64,000 bases of DNA from Mobula hypostoma. Lineage: Eukaryota. The notes beneath the pieces are model-generated. The model was not told the origin of the DNA. It saw only the letters and a list, made by a program, of their open reading frames with translations, and did not search any database. The DNA is taken from positions 81,408,001 to 81,472,000 of the forward strand of contig NC_086097.1 in NCBI RefSeq assembly GCF_963921235.1, in the 5' to 3' direction. Positions 39,391 to 51,951 of the stretch are shown here, one piece after another. How positions within the stretch are numbered: the first letter of the stretch is position 1; every line of letters starts with the position of its first letter. Both the position numbers and the translations under genes were made by a program.

Positions 39391-39780
39391 ATCAGTGGGA
39401 GCCCTGGGCTTGTTTTCCTGCAGCAACACGGTCCTATCGAGGGGTGATGGGAGACATCGATACTCGAAGGGGTTTCCTTAGGTCCAGTCTATTCCGCAAT
39501 TTAGTTTTCGTTGCACTCATTGCAGAAAACTCCGCTTCGCAGTAATATGTTGGAAATGGAAGCAACGTTTTCAGTGCTTTCGTGGCTATCTCAGGATATT
39601 CAGCCTTGACTTTGATCCAGAATGCCAGCAGAGATGTTACGTCAAACATACTTTTCAGCCCACTGTCATTTGCAAGCTCGAGGAGTTGGTCTTTTTCCCG
39701 CGCTGACATGGATGATTCACCGGGGACATTCACAAATGGGTCACAGACCTATTCCTTTGCACGTCCTGGGTCACTGATGA
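39391..39780 (-). pseudogene. hAT transposase C-terminal dimerisation domain fragment (Charlie/SCAND3/ZBED5-like)
   Basis: FWIKVKAEYPEIATKALKTLLPFPTYYCEAEFSAM..TKTKLRNRLD..LRVSMSPITPR*..KQAQGSH*. Confidence 0.9.
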
Positions 39781-42700
39781 CCTCGCATGTGTTAAAATTC
39801 AACAGTGCGTGACAGGGAATGAGGAAAGGTGCAGCTGACTCATATTGTTTCATATCGCCAAATCATATTGCTTCCTTGGGGACCACTCTTAGCACGAAGA
39901 GAGTCCAATCAGGATGTTCGCTCTCCCTCTCAAAAAAATCTATTTCCAGGATATTGTATATAATTTCCAGGTGTCAGCGAGCCACTATTGATACGTGGGA
40001 GACTCCCGGAACTTCCGGGAGAGGTGGGATGTCTGTGATCAATTGGCTGGAGTGTTCATTGAGATCTTTAACCTCTCACTTCAACAATCTGAGGGACCCA
40101 CCTTCTTCAATTATACCAGTGCCTCAATGACTATTAACCAGTGGAACTTACATCCACAGTGGTGAAGACTTTGAGAGGTTGGTGATGAAACATATCAACT
40201 CCTGCCTGTGAAACAACTTGCATCCACTCCAATCTGCCTATTGGCATAGCAGATGCCATTTCATTAGCTTTTCATTCAACCCTGGAAACATCTGGACAGC
40301 AAAGATGCATACATCTTTATTAACTACAGCTTGACATTCAATACTATCATCCCCTCAAAACTAATCAATAAGCTTCAAGATTTTTGCCTCAGTACCTCCT
40401 TATGGAACTGGATCCTCGATTTCCTCACTTGCAGACCCCAGTCAGTTCAGATTGGCAACAACATAATCTTCATCAGCACAGGTGCACAAGGCTCTGCCCT
40501 TAGCCTACTACTCTACTCACTGTACACTTATGATTCTGTGGCTAAGCATAGCTTTAATGCCATATTTAAGTGTGCTGATAACACCACTGTCATAGGCTAA
40601 ATCAATGGTGAAGAATCAGCATACAGGAGAGAGACTGAAATTCTGGCTGAGTCATGCCATAACACAATCTCTTACTCAATCTCAGCAAGACCAAGGAGCT
40701 TATTATTGACCTCCGGAGGAGGAAACCAGAGGTCCATGAGCCAGTCCTCATGGGGGGAATCAAAGGTAGAGAGAGTCAGTAACTTTAAATTCCTCAGTGT
40801 TATCATTTCAGAGGACCTGTCCTGGGCCCAGCACACAAGTGTAATTGAAAAGAAAGTATGGCAGTGCCTCTACTTTCTAAGAAGTTTGCAAAGATTCAGT
40901 AATGACATCTAAAATTTGACAAACTTCTCAAGAGGTGCGGTGAAGAATATACTGACTTGCTGCCTCACTGCATGATATGGAAACACCAATGCACTTGAAT
41001 GAAAAATCCTACAAAACGCAGTGGATAAGGCCCAGTCCATCACAGGTAAAGCCCTCCCCATCACCGAACACATCTACGCGGAGCACTGTCACAGGAAAGC
41101 AACATCCATCATCAAGGACCCCACCACCCAGATCTTGCTCCCTTCTCACTGCTGTCATCAGGAAGGAGGTACAGGAGACTCAGGACATACAGCAGCAAGT
41201 TCGGGAACAGCTATTGTCCTCAACTATAAGGCTCTTGAACTATTAGGGAAAATTTCACTTGCCCCATCACTGAACGGTTCCCACAATCTACGGACTCACT
41301 TTGAATGACTCCTCATCTCACATTCTCGATATTTATTGCTTATTTATTTAGTCTTTAAATATTTTTTTCTTTCTCGTTGTATTTGTACAGTTTGTTTACT
41401 TTTGCATACTGGTCGTCTTCCCTATGGTGCAGTCTTTCATTGATTCTATTAAGGTTATTGGACTTATTGAGGATGCCTACAAGAAAATGAATCCCAGGGT
41501 TGTATATGGTGACAATTGTACTTTCATAATAAATTTACTTTGAACTTGAACTTTTGAACAATGGATTCCTAACACAGTAGTACTCAGACAATAACACTAC
41601 AATCTTTCTCTTCATAATGCCTATTTTCTATTACACTCCCACATTGTTTTAGCAAGACAACTCGCAATGATATGACTAAAGGCGAGGTTTCATTTTCATA
41701 TCTCCGGTGTCACAATTAATTCCGCAATGCAGCCCAAGGTCTTTCCAACGGAAGGACTTGCTAATTGTCCTACAGCAGAATCAAATTTCAGGCAACTTTC
41801 TAAATCATGAGAGTTTTTTTTAACCTGCTCTCTTGAAAGCACACAGCTTTGTTGCCAAGGTGAATACCTAACCTTTACTGCAAGGGCCCAGGAGAATGAA
41901 CAGGAATGGGATAACCTGGGATTTTGAAGGAATACTAACTTAAGAGAGCAGTCATCAACATAAAAAAAAGATGAAACCAAGTTGGATGTTAAAAAAATAC
42001 ATTATTTCAAATGTAGTCATTTACATTTTCCAGCTTTAACTGAAGAGCTAACTTTGATAAATTTGATTTGTACTTTTGCAGAATACAATTTACATTGAAC
42101 TGCTGAAAGGCAGAAGAACTCATTCAAGCTGAATCATTTACAGCAGTCAGAATGGGGTACTTGTCATTTCAATAATCATTGCTGAATCAGAACCCAGATC
42201 ACTCAGGTAAAAACAGTAAATTCATTAAAGGCACTACAATACCTATTCATTCAGCCACTACAAATATTACACAGTTCAGTCCAGCCTAATATCTTCTAAG
42301 TAGTCTATCTTCAATTTCTTTGCACTGCTCATTTTTGTAGAAATAACCCAGAAAGTTCAATTTCCTTTCTCAAGTCTTATGTTATTGAAAGAGCACCGAG
42401 TTACAACTGCCCCCATTCTCTTGTCCTGGTATTCTTCACATCTGAGCCTTGACAAAGAGAGCTCTAACTTCCTCCTTGATACTTTCCCAAAACTGATGGA
42501 AGTGAAGGACAAATAGCACCATGAATAACACTACAGGGTTCTGGAAATTGCTATGTCCAGTACTAAAATTATATGAGGCCAGATCTGGCACTTCCCTCCA
42601 GCCAGTCAACACCAAGGCCGATGTACCCATCTTTACTGGAAATTAAGAGGCAAATTAACATGCACATAACTCCCTGAGTTGCTTAAGGGACATAATAGGC

Positions 42701-42799
42701 TCAAGTTGATTCTTTTGCTTAAGGGACATAATAGGCATGATCTAAACTGTTTGGCTACTTGGCCCATTGAATTAGCTCTGTTTTGACAACTCCAGAACG

Positions 42800-43960
42800 C
42801 AGGGAGCAGCATCAACCTCAGAAAAGCATTTGACACTATCAGTCAGACAGACTGTGGAGCACCCTTCTCAGATTCAGTTGCCTGCAGAAATATACCTTCC
42901 ATTGCACATCAGCAACAACAAGGCATGCAAGTTGTGACCTTAACCAACAAGTCTGACTGATCCAACCTCGGTGGAGATGGATATCGAGCAAAGAATTATT
43001 ACTCATCAATCTCAAAGTGTACTTCATCACGAACAAGCTAGACTGGAGCACATCTGAACAACAAATGGAAAATTGTTCAAACATACCCCCTCCATAGAGA
43101 ATCAGGAACATCCCAAATTCAGTCAAACTGTTGAGCATAGACAATACTTTTATATACATCTGTGGAGCCCAAGATGCAAGCCATTATCAACATGTTTACT
43201 GAATAGAACTGGAGATCACCCACTAAGCAAAGGTTCTGTACTAACCTGACCCTCTGATACAATACTACACCACCTTCCAGAAATAAAGCTCCACAATGAC
43301 ATCCTGGAAAACATGAATCACATCCCTTTTCTCAGGAGTTGACTCTCAAAGGCTGGCAGCAAAGATGAAATTCACCATCACCTTTTCTGTTGACAAGCAG
43401 AAGAGAGAGATCACGATGTCAAACCTAACCAGCAGGTACCAGTGATGTAAATGTTTCAGACACCTGACTGCCTACAGTGAGCATTTCGAGTCACTGGAAA
43501 GATAACGCTGGCTCTGCAAGATCCACCCAAGTTCACTGGCAGGATAAGCAAACCAACTCCCTGTGATTCTACAGATCTGAATGAAAATTCTTAGTTTGCC
43601 CTGAATGCAATACAATTGCATTACCAACACCAAACTCCTGAAACACTTCTCTGCTCTCTGTCACAAAAAGGGATTATCAAGTGAACACAGGGGAGTATGT
43701 TCTCAAACCTTCCTGGTTCTTAGGAAGCACCGGCCAATAGCTAAAACAGCAACATCCAGGATGGAATTAGAGCCCAGAGTTTCTTCTGGTGGGAATACTC
43801 AGGTCAGAATAAATGGCAGAAGTGAGCACCTCTTACATTTACATCACCCACTCCATTAAGCACAACCTCCCCCACTTCATCTGTGGCACAACCTTCAGAT
43901 CAACCATTAGCCACCTTAGAACTATGTGGTGGTAAGGGATCCTCAACCTTGGGGGGGAAA
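42800..43960 (+). mobile_element. Highly degraded RTE LINE
   Basis: INLRKAFDTIS..LWSTLLRFSC at about 42810-42890, and a decayed C-terminal CG...SHLRT near 43880-43923. Confidence 0.55.
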
Positions 43961-44534
43961 TATCTGAGGAGGGGGAGCATGTTTTCCTGCCCATTAGCTT
44001 GTGTGGACATATCGTATGTGTGCAGAACTTCATGCATGAAAATTTGTTCAATCTTTAAATATAATTCTCCCTCTGAGCTGTCAGCATCAGGTGGGGAACT
44101 GTCTACTGGGCCTGAACCCTCCATAAGATTAAAATTCATTACAGGCATTCCCTACTACCAAGCAGGGAAATTCAAGCGGAGAGTTGTCAAAGACAAAAAG
44201 GAGAGGTCAGATAATCATGAAATTTCAGCAGAATTAATTTTCAGAGAGCTTTGGATGATATAAAAAGAGCATGTGGACTGAGGCAGTGAACCTCAGACCT
44301 ACATCAAAACCAAAGGAGAAACAGTGTCTTGAACCAGATAATATCTCCCAATACACGTACTGTAGACCAGGTGTAACCCCTGACCCCAGGACTGCAGACC
44401 AGTGAGCTGGGCACAACCTCCTGACCCTGGGACTACCAAAATTTATCATATAGCACGATGGAATCAGTTAGATGACAGGCTAATGCCCGACACATCTCTT
44501 TGTGGAATATGAACATAGTGCTGACCACCTAATG

Positions 44535-44615
44535 TAGGGGGTTCCAACCTTTTATGCACCGTGGACAACCTACCATTGACCGAGGTGTCCATGGACCCCA
44601 GGTTGGGAACCCCAA
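44535..44615. mobile_element. Small hAT/Charlie-type MITE
   Basis: Ends taggggttccaacct / aggttgggaacccc. Degenerate 8-bp TSD ACCTAATG / ATCTAATA. Confidence 0.6.
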
Positions 44616-45482
44616 ATCTAATATGACTTCAGATACGATATTATGTAGTTATTCAGCCTGTTGAGGATTTCCACCATCAAATTAGGTCACATATGACTGA
44701 TATTTCAGTTAATTTATCTGTATTGCTCATATCACTCAATATTAAAACCTACTTCTAGGTAAATTTTGAAAAAAAACTGACCGTGAGACCAACAATCTGA
44801 TCAATCTGCATTTTTATTTCAAATTTTCATCAGTCTTTGTGTGAAAAGAGACTTCCTGTTATTACACCTGAAATATTTGCTGCTAATTTTAAGATCAAAA
44901 CTATCTATTCTGCAGTTCCCTATCTGTGAAATTAGATTCTCTCTTCCTGGCCTACTAAATCTCTGAATTATTTTAAATATCTTGACTTTTTTAAAATTCC
45001 AATGAGTTCTGCACCTTGGTGAAACAATGTGTTAAACATTTGTTAAACAACTACTTGAATAAGAACACAGAGCAGCACTGTCAATGTAACAATAGCCTGA
45101 TGTGTCACGAATTTAGAGGAAGGGTGAGGTTTCAATTCCCTAATCCAACCTGCCCAATTCAGATTTCACCAAAAGTATGACAAAGGCCAGGCAGCCAAAA
45201 AACATTCAGTCAATGGCTTAGTCATCGAGATCTTGTGGGTCAAGTGTAACTAAGTCTAATCACATGCTGCTGTAGATCCGATATCTCAACCAACTGGAAG
45301 CTCAGTCCAGGATATGAGCTAAACTCACAAAGTTCACAATTTCAGATCACTGCCTATGGAGCAATGAGGTGCAGCAGTGTTGCTGTACAAGCACATCGCC
45401 TTGCCTGTCTGCAGATTTTTGCCTTTCCCATTAAGAAAATACCACTCTGGAATCCAAAGAAAAAATAACAGTTATTCTAGCT

Positions 45483-45685
45483 AAGCAACACACATCAAAG
45501 TTGCTGGTGAACGCAGCAGGCCAGGCAGCATCTCTAGGAAGAGGTACAGTCTTCGTCAGGAAGGGGTCTCGGCCTGAAACGTCGACTGTACCTCTTCCTA
45601 GAGATGTTGCCTGGCCTCCTGCATTCACCAGCAACTTTGATGTGTGTTGCTTGAATTTCCAGCATTTGCAGAATTCCTGTTGTTT
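45483..45685. mobile_element. Palindromic PLE pLTR insertion (inverted plus forward copy)
   Basis: 69-bp inverted arms at 45483-45551 and 45584-45652 with 3 mismatches. TSD GTTATTCTAG at 45471-45480 and 45686-45695. Confidence 0.9.
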
Positions 45686-46941
45686 GTTATTCTAGTTAAT
45701 GTCCTTTTGCCATCATTTTGCCTATCCAATTAATCTGTCATTTGTAATTCCTTCACATCTTCTTTTAAATTGTTGTTATCCTAAAATGCGTCAGGAGAAC
45801 AAGAATAAGCCAAGGCCCAAGCAAACTTTCTTGAGGAACACGGCACATCAGATCTATGCAGAGAAGGAGGCCATTTGATGCAAGGACAGCACTTAAGTTT
45901 CCAAAATTTACCCCACATTTAAACTGCTAAAATGTTTACTTATTATGAAGGCGTTTTGAAGATGCAATTAATTCATTGGTTGACCATTTTCAGTTCAAAA
46001 TAAAATAATCAGTTTTAATATGACACACGTAGCTCTAACTTTGTGAAGATTGACAAATATGCAGGGATATAGTAATCAGGTGATGAATTCGACACCACTG
46101 TGCAGCTAACATTGGTAACAGATTTCCAACATCACCACAGTTCTCTTCATCGACTGCAATGATATGGCTGAGAATTTAGTTCCCAAAAACTTCAGATCAA
46201 TTATTTGCTCCATTCACTCCAACAATTACAGAATCAAGAAACAAAAATCCCACTTCTATCCCGCCAACACTCCATTCTTCATCCCTCATGTCTTCTAATC
46301 CCTCCACCATTCCAGAAACCACCATGAGATGCCCATCATGAATTACCAATTTGTCCCTAGTGATTATGCAGTTTTTCAAAAACTATACATCCAGAGATTG
46401 CACTAGAATACATACTTAGCCCTTTCTTGACTGCAATTCATTTTCTTAGCAAACGTGTTTTTACAGAAGTCATTCATTAAATTCTCCACAGTATTCTGAG
46501 GGGCAATTTTAATTTCCCAACATGGCTTAACTATAAACACTACTTTCAAAACATTTTTAACATACTCGATATTAAACTTAATCCACATCCTCCTTGAATC
46601 ATTACTGCGAGGGAGACATTTTTTCAGAAGATATTTGGAAGATAGTGGCACACAATTTGTTTTTATTCACCTTCCCATTGTTTCTTCAGAAGCTTTTTAA
46701 AAAAAAAGTTACAAGTATTAAAATTGGTTCTTGTGATGAAACGTTCCAGAAGTACCTCAAGGAGTGAATATTTTACCTGCACCGTCAGGGGGTTGAGGAC
46801 TTGATGCAGAAAATAGTTCCAGTTTCACGCAAATGCTTTAGTTTTTTTATGCAGTCCTCACCTCCTGAAAAATTGAAAGCATAATATAAATATAACAATC
46901 ATGTCAGCATCAATTCAGATAATTTCTATACATGTGAAATA

Positions 46942-47008
46942 CAGTACTGTGCAAAAGTTTTAGGCACAAGTATATAGCTAGGGTGCCTAAGACTTCTGCA
47001 CTGTATTG
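46942..47008. mobile_element. Tiny Tc1/mariner-type MITE
   Basis: TA-flanked hairpin cagtactgtgcaaaagttttaggcac...gtgcctaagacttctgcactgtattg. A related half-copy lies near 47408-47442. Confidence 0.75.
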
Positions 47009-48149
47009 TATTTGTCCATGTGGAGCAGAAAGCGAGTTAGTAAATCTGGCGAGAGCAAAGGATATTTCGAACAGTGAGGGTGAGTGCTGTGGGAGGGGTG
47101 TAGGACAGGTGGCAAAGGAGGAGTGCCAGGATGGGGAGTGTGGTATGAGTGCAGATGTACCCATCCCCAAGACACCAAACTAGGTCATTTGATTCAAAAC
47201 AATTGGTTTATTGATCATTACAGGATGCCTCTCTGGTGCTTCCCACTCTCTCCCCTCTCCATTCCACTTTTCCCAAACATAATTCCCCTCTCCCTGCCTC
47301 CTTCCCACTATAAGTCCACAAAAGAGCCGCAGATTTATCATCACTCACATATGTTATGAAATTTGTTTCTTTTTTTGGGGCAGTATAGTGCAATACATAA
47401 AGTTACTACCATACTATACAAAAACCTTAGGCACCCTAGCTACCCTGTATACAACTGATGCCAAGACCTTCCATGCTGAGTAAACAGTTTTAGTATAATA
47501 GATATATATTTTTTTTCCAGAACTTTGTGCATTCTACTTGCAAATGCACTTCAAAATTCTTCTGTAAGTGTGGTCAATGTTAAAAGCCAAACAGAATGCG
47601 AGACTGAGGAACAGAGCATGCCCAAGGACATTAAAGGAGAACGAGGAGGGAAAAGAGACTTACAAACTCGAAGCAACAGAAGTAAAAGGAATCATGGGAG
47701 GAGCTAGCTGCTGTTTAGAATGAAAAGGGTTAAATTTATGGAATTGCATTGTCACACAGTTAAAAAGTCATTGACTTTGCATGATTTGCAGAAGAATGCA
47801 CAGGTCCTTGTTATTATATAGAAGACTAAGACGTAAAATGCAGCATAGAATTACTGGAAATAAAACAAAGTATCATAAAAAAGCAGGGATTTGGCCCCAC
47901 AATCTTTGAAGCTCACTTTTCCCAGCAATAAAATTGCAGCTAATTTTAGCTTGATTTCATGCCCATGTTCTCCAACTCTCCATTCCTAAAAAAGCAGTCC
48001 ATATGTGAATTTTCTGTAATGCAAATCCAGTTCATTAATGCATGCATCAAGGAATCCAAGTAGAAAAAAAAATTACATTTATATTCTTATATTGCCCCAC
48101 AAATTTCATAAGAGCAGCTCGAAATTTTGGGTAGAGATGAACATGAGCA

Positions 48150-48385
48150 AGTTTGCACATCCTGGAAATCCAAAGCAACACACAAAATGCTGAAGGAAAT
48201 CTGCAGGTCAGGCAGCATCTATAAAAATGAGAAAACAGTTGACATTTCAGGCTGAGATCCTTCCTCAGGGATGAAAAGGCAGGGGGAAGATGTCAGAATA
48301 AAAAAATGGGGGGAGGTAAGGAGGATAGCTAGAAGGTGACAGGTGAAGCCAGGTGGGTAGGAAAGATAAAGGGCTGGAGAGGAGT
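48150..48385 (-). mobile_element. PLE pseudo-LTR fragment with a decayed hammerhead motif at 48236-48273
   Basis: CTGAGGA-aggatctcagcct-GAAA-TGTC with stem I disrupted. Homologous to 36355-36560. Confidence 0.8.
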
Positions 48386-49612
48386 GAGTTGTGAATTCTG
48401 TAAAGGTGAATTTCTGTTACACAAATAGTTGTAATGTGGAGATTGTCTGTAGTCTAAAGTCAGTCCAACCTACCCTTGAATATAATCAATGACAGGCTCC
48501 AGAACTTGCAGAACAGCCTCATGTTGAAACTGTGCTGCATAGTTCTACATACACGTTTCCACTGAGAGGAAACATCCTCAGGTATCCAGCCTGAAAATTT
48601 CCTACAAAACACTGGCTATCTCAAGCTCCCGCCAAACCTCAAGGGTTTCATGAGGATCATTTCTTCTGAAACTCCAAGTCATACAAGAAAGCCCAAGGTA
48701 TTTTGCAATAAGCTGTTTAAACTACTTAAACCACACAGATCACAATGGAATATGGCCCAAGTATTTTCATACTGCTCATTTACTGTTAAATGGTGCATGA
48801 TAATGGACAAGCTTTCACAATCACTTGAAGGCCGGCTTCTGCCCACATGTACAAATATATTAACAAAATCCAACCAGGTTAGTTCAAGCCAGGTTGTTTC
48901 AAAGAATGATTTGAAATGCTGCTTCTGCAATCCATTTCCCAATGATTCCTTTATTTCTCAGCCTCTTCAACGACTGCCTCTGTGAAGGACTTTGGAGTTC
49001 TTTTTTTGTGTTCTAAAGTGATGTAATTGTAAACTGCCTTTGCAAACACAGAAGGTAATGGGCAAGGTGGCTAACATTGAACCTGAGGCTGCTCTGTGCT
49101 GCTGAAAGAGCAACAGTTTTAGGAAGATACAAGCAATATTTGTCACGGTTCAACAATCTCACATTGTTATCATTTTATTGGAAAGGAAGGTAGCTGACAG
49201 CAAACCTGGTATGAAAAAGCAACTTAAACATCATTTTTAATTTCTCTTGGTGTGTGCACTGTGATGTCAAAGTCAACGTTAAGACACCTCTTGAACCCAG
49301 AGGAAAAGCAATAGGATTCCAAATCAGAATGCCATAAAGGAGATCCTGGAGATGGTGGAGCATAGCGGGCCTGATGCAAGCTACTGCTACCAAAGATCAC
49401 TGCTGACCTGAAAGAACCTAAGCAATACACAACAGAGTGAGCATCCGCCAGCGATGCGGAGAGGCAAGATTTGGAGTGGTGGCCCATGTGAACCAAGGCT
49501 CTTTAATGGTGGACTGTGTCAAGCTTTAAGTGTTGTAACAGTATTCTTCCAAGAAAATAGAGATTCTTTCATCTCTAATATCTGTCTCCATATCAAGAAG
49601 CAAGATATTCAT

Positions 49613-50442
49613 TGTTACGTACTCCGTAACTGGGTTGCCAAACCAGCAGAAATGGATCACTCAGTTGGAGTCTGGATTACTAGAACTAAGAAAGTTTTAT
49701 TAAAGAAACAGGCAACACAGTACTCTAATCAAAAGGATAATGAATGCAACAGTTCAGCAATGATAAACATACATGTACACAGAATTAAGATAACAGGATC
49801 AATCAAGCTCTATCGTTGTCTAGGGGTAAATGACCAGTTTCAAAATGACGCAAAGTTCAGTTCAATTTAGTTCAGTTCAGTTCGCAGTAATCGCTGCCGT
49901 GGCGATGGACAGTGGGGGGAAGGAGAGAGAGAGCAAAACGAATGAATATTCAAAACGACTTCCACACAGACCGTCGCAGTCAGCTTTCGTGCAAGCCCTT
50001 TGTGATGTCATCTGAGGTCACCGACCGTGACCCCTCCGTTTCCAGATACAATCGTTTCCCTGCGCTGAACCTGGCACCCAGGCAAGGGTGGACACACACC
50101 AGGTTCCCGCCGATCGTGCCTTTCAAAACTTCCCACCGACTTGTGAGAGACGCACCGCTTCCAGGGTCTCGTTACCTCGGGTGACGTGTGTGTCCTGCCT
50201 TAGCGAACCTGTCTCTTTTTATCCCCCTGCTGGGGTATCGCCTGTCCATCACTTCAAACAGTTCAGGGTTCAAAGGGGGAGCCGATCTTGACAGCTCTCC
50301 TTCCTTCATTAACATCTCCAAATGCTGCTCCATTGTTTTCCTTATCTCTCTCTCTCCTGAAGACAGGTGGCAGACCAACTACTGATTCCACTGGTGCCAG
50401 CCCAGGCCAGCTACATCTTAATCTATGTGTATTCTTGTCACA
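49613..50442 (-). mobile_element. Solo LTR (830 bp)
   Basis: TG...CA termini (TGTTAC / GTCACA) and a 4-bp TSD TCAT at 49609-49612 and 50443-50446. CpG-rich. On the minus strand there is a TATA-like GATAAAA near 50220 and AATAAA near 49696-49701. Confidence 0.8.
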
Positions 50443-51951
50443 TCATGATAAAACAGCTTGCATTTTTTGCCTCTGTATTCATTTGGCAGACGCTGTAAAG
50501 ATTCTGTAATAAATGTGTGCAGGCACTGGCAGAATGATTATATCACTAAACCATATGACCATAAGACAAAGGAGCAGAATTACACCATTCAACCCATCGA
50601 GTCTACCCTGCCATTTCATCATGGTTGATCCACTTTCCATCTTAACATTCAGGGATATGGTTACCTGGCCCTCGTGCAAAGTAAAAGGTAACTTTCTGCT
50701 CATCAGCTCAAGCCTGCAGACCGTTTAGGCTCTGCTGCACACAGTACAGATTGGTTCATTATTTGAGGAGTTGCAAATGGAACTTCACAATGAGGCTGAC
50801 TTCTAGCTTCATCACGGAAATGGGCCATTCTGGTCCACCACACCAATGCCAACCATGATGCCTATCAATCCTAATCCCATTTAGTCATAAAGGAGAATAG
50901 GTCATTGTTAAAAACTTCTCAAGATTATTGGGTCTGGGATTCTCCTGAAGCAGTTCAACATCAATGGCTGGGATCAAGATATTTGGTATCCAATACAACA
51001 ATTTGGGCTTAATGCAACTCCAACCGGATCTACAGAATTTGCAGCTCACATCTGTCGAGCAAAATAGTCAAAGTAAGTTTATTATCAAAATGCACACTTT
51101 ACCCAACACTACCATGAGATCCATTTCGTTGCAGGGGTTTAGAGGAAAATAAAGAAATACAACAGAATTTATGAAAAAAATATAGATAAACATAAATATG
51201 CTCTATAAATTTGCAGATCAGCTGCTTCAACCATGTTTGGAACAGAGAGTCATAGCAATGAGAATTGGAGCAGTGATTCTGGGGAAACACAAACCAGTCA
51301 GCAGGCTACAGGTAAAGGCTCCTCAATGGCACAGTTTACAACAATTTGCTATTGATTACAAATTGCCTGAATGAGGGGGTGGGAGGTGAAGCAGCAGACT
51401 TGGCAACTTAGTTAAAGTGGATTGTTCCTGCTTTTCGTTCAGAGGACATACCCGGACCTCCAATTATTCAGTTCTATGCGGTAGCTGCACAGGTGAATGA
51501 TGCGGGCAAGGTCTGGAACAGTAATGATGAATTTGCGTATAAATATCAAATGGTTTCTTAGTCTTACATTTTACCCAGTGATTAGTGGCTTCAGGGACCA
51601 AAACGCATTTTGAGAGGTGGACCCTGTGGACTGTATAGCATTATGCTGTCCCCTCTGGTGACCAGGTTCTATTAGCTGCAAAATATCTATTTTTCTCAGA
51701 ATGCTGTTATAACAACAGTTAAAGCCTGATACAATTCACCATAAAATAGCCGTCTTAGATCACACCCACCCACTATCCTGAAAAATGCCTTGCCCCATCA
51801 CGAGTGAACGCTCAGTGTTGTATATAGCTTGCATTCTTGCAGTTCAGCATTGTTCTTTGATAGCAGCAGCTTGTATTAAGCCTACTACAACCCACCATCC
51901 CATGGATCTTCAGCACATCATTTTGATGTAGAGATACTAGCTCTGTAGTTA

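Larger units (their letters stand above)
38572..40035. mobile_element. Non-autonomous TIR DNA transposon with a 6-bp TSD, carrying a hAT (Charlie-type) fragment
   Basis: TIR CAGACATCCCAC / GTGGGATGTCTG. TSD TGATCA at 38566-38571 and 40036-40041. Confidence 0.9.
37480..41537 (+). mobile_element. Long degraded Rex1/Babar element (APE and RT remnants) interrupted by a DNA transposon
   Basis: APE-like DLEYLMVKCQPFY and TAVYIL, NQKPWMN (38009 ORF), RT pieces 40331-41308 and a (CTTTGAA)n tail. ACADQLAGV is split at TGATCA. Confidence 0.88.

Noticed and set aside
43883..44263. Overlapping ORFs on both strands
   Set aside because: They partly overlap the decayed RTE 3' end and resemble no protein I recognise.
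46777..46864. In-frame TGA as possible selenocysteine
   Set aside because: No resemblance to a selenoprotein I know, no SECIS identified and no evidence the segment is coding.
48650..48985. ORF containing LKCCFC, reminiscent of IGF1 exon 1
   Set aside because: The match is only a few residues, the flanks do not fit and there is no donor site at the expected position.
51440..51500. Plus-strand exon-like segment DIPGPPIIQF resembling an FN3 linker
   Set aside because: The following sequence has no FN3 pattern and soon reaches a stop.
51643..51663. CTCF-like motif (minus strand CACCAGAGGGGACAGCA)
   Set aside because: Spacing differs from the consensus by one base, and a single motif is weak evidence.
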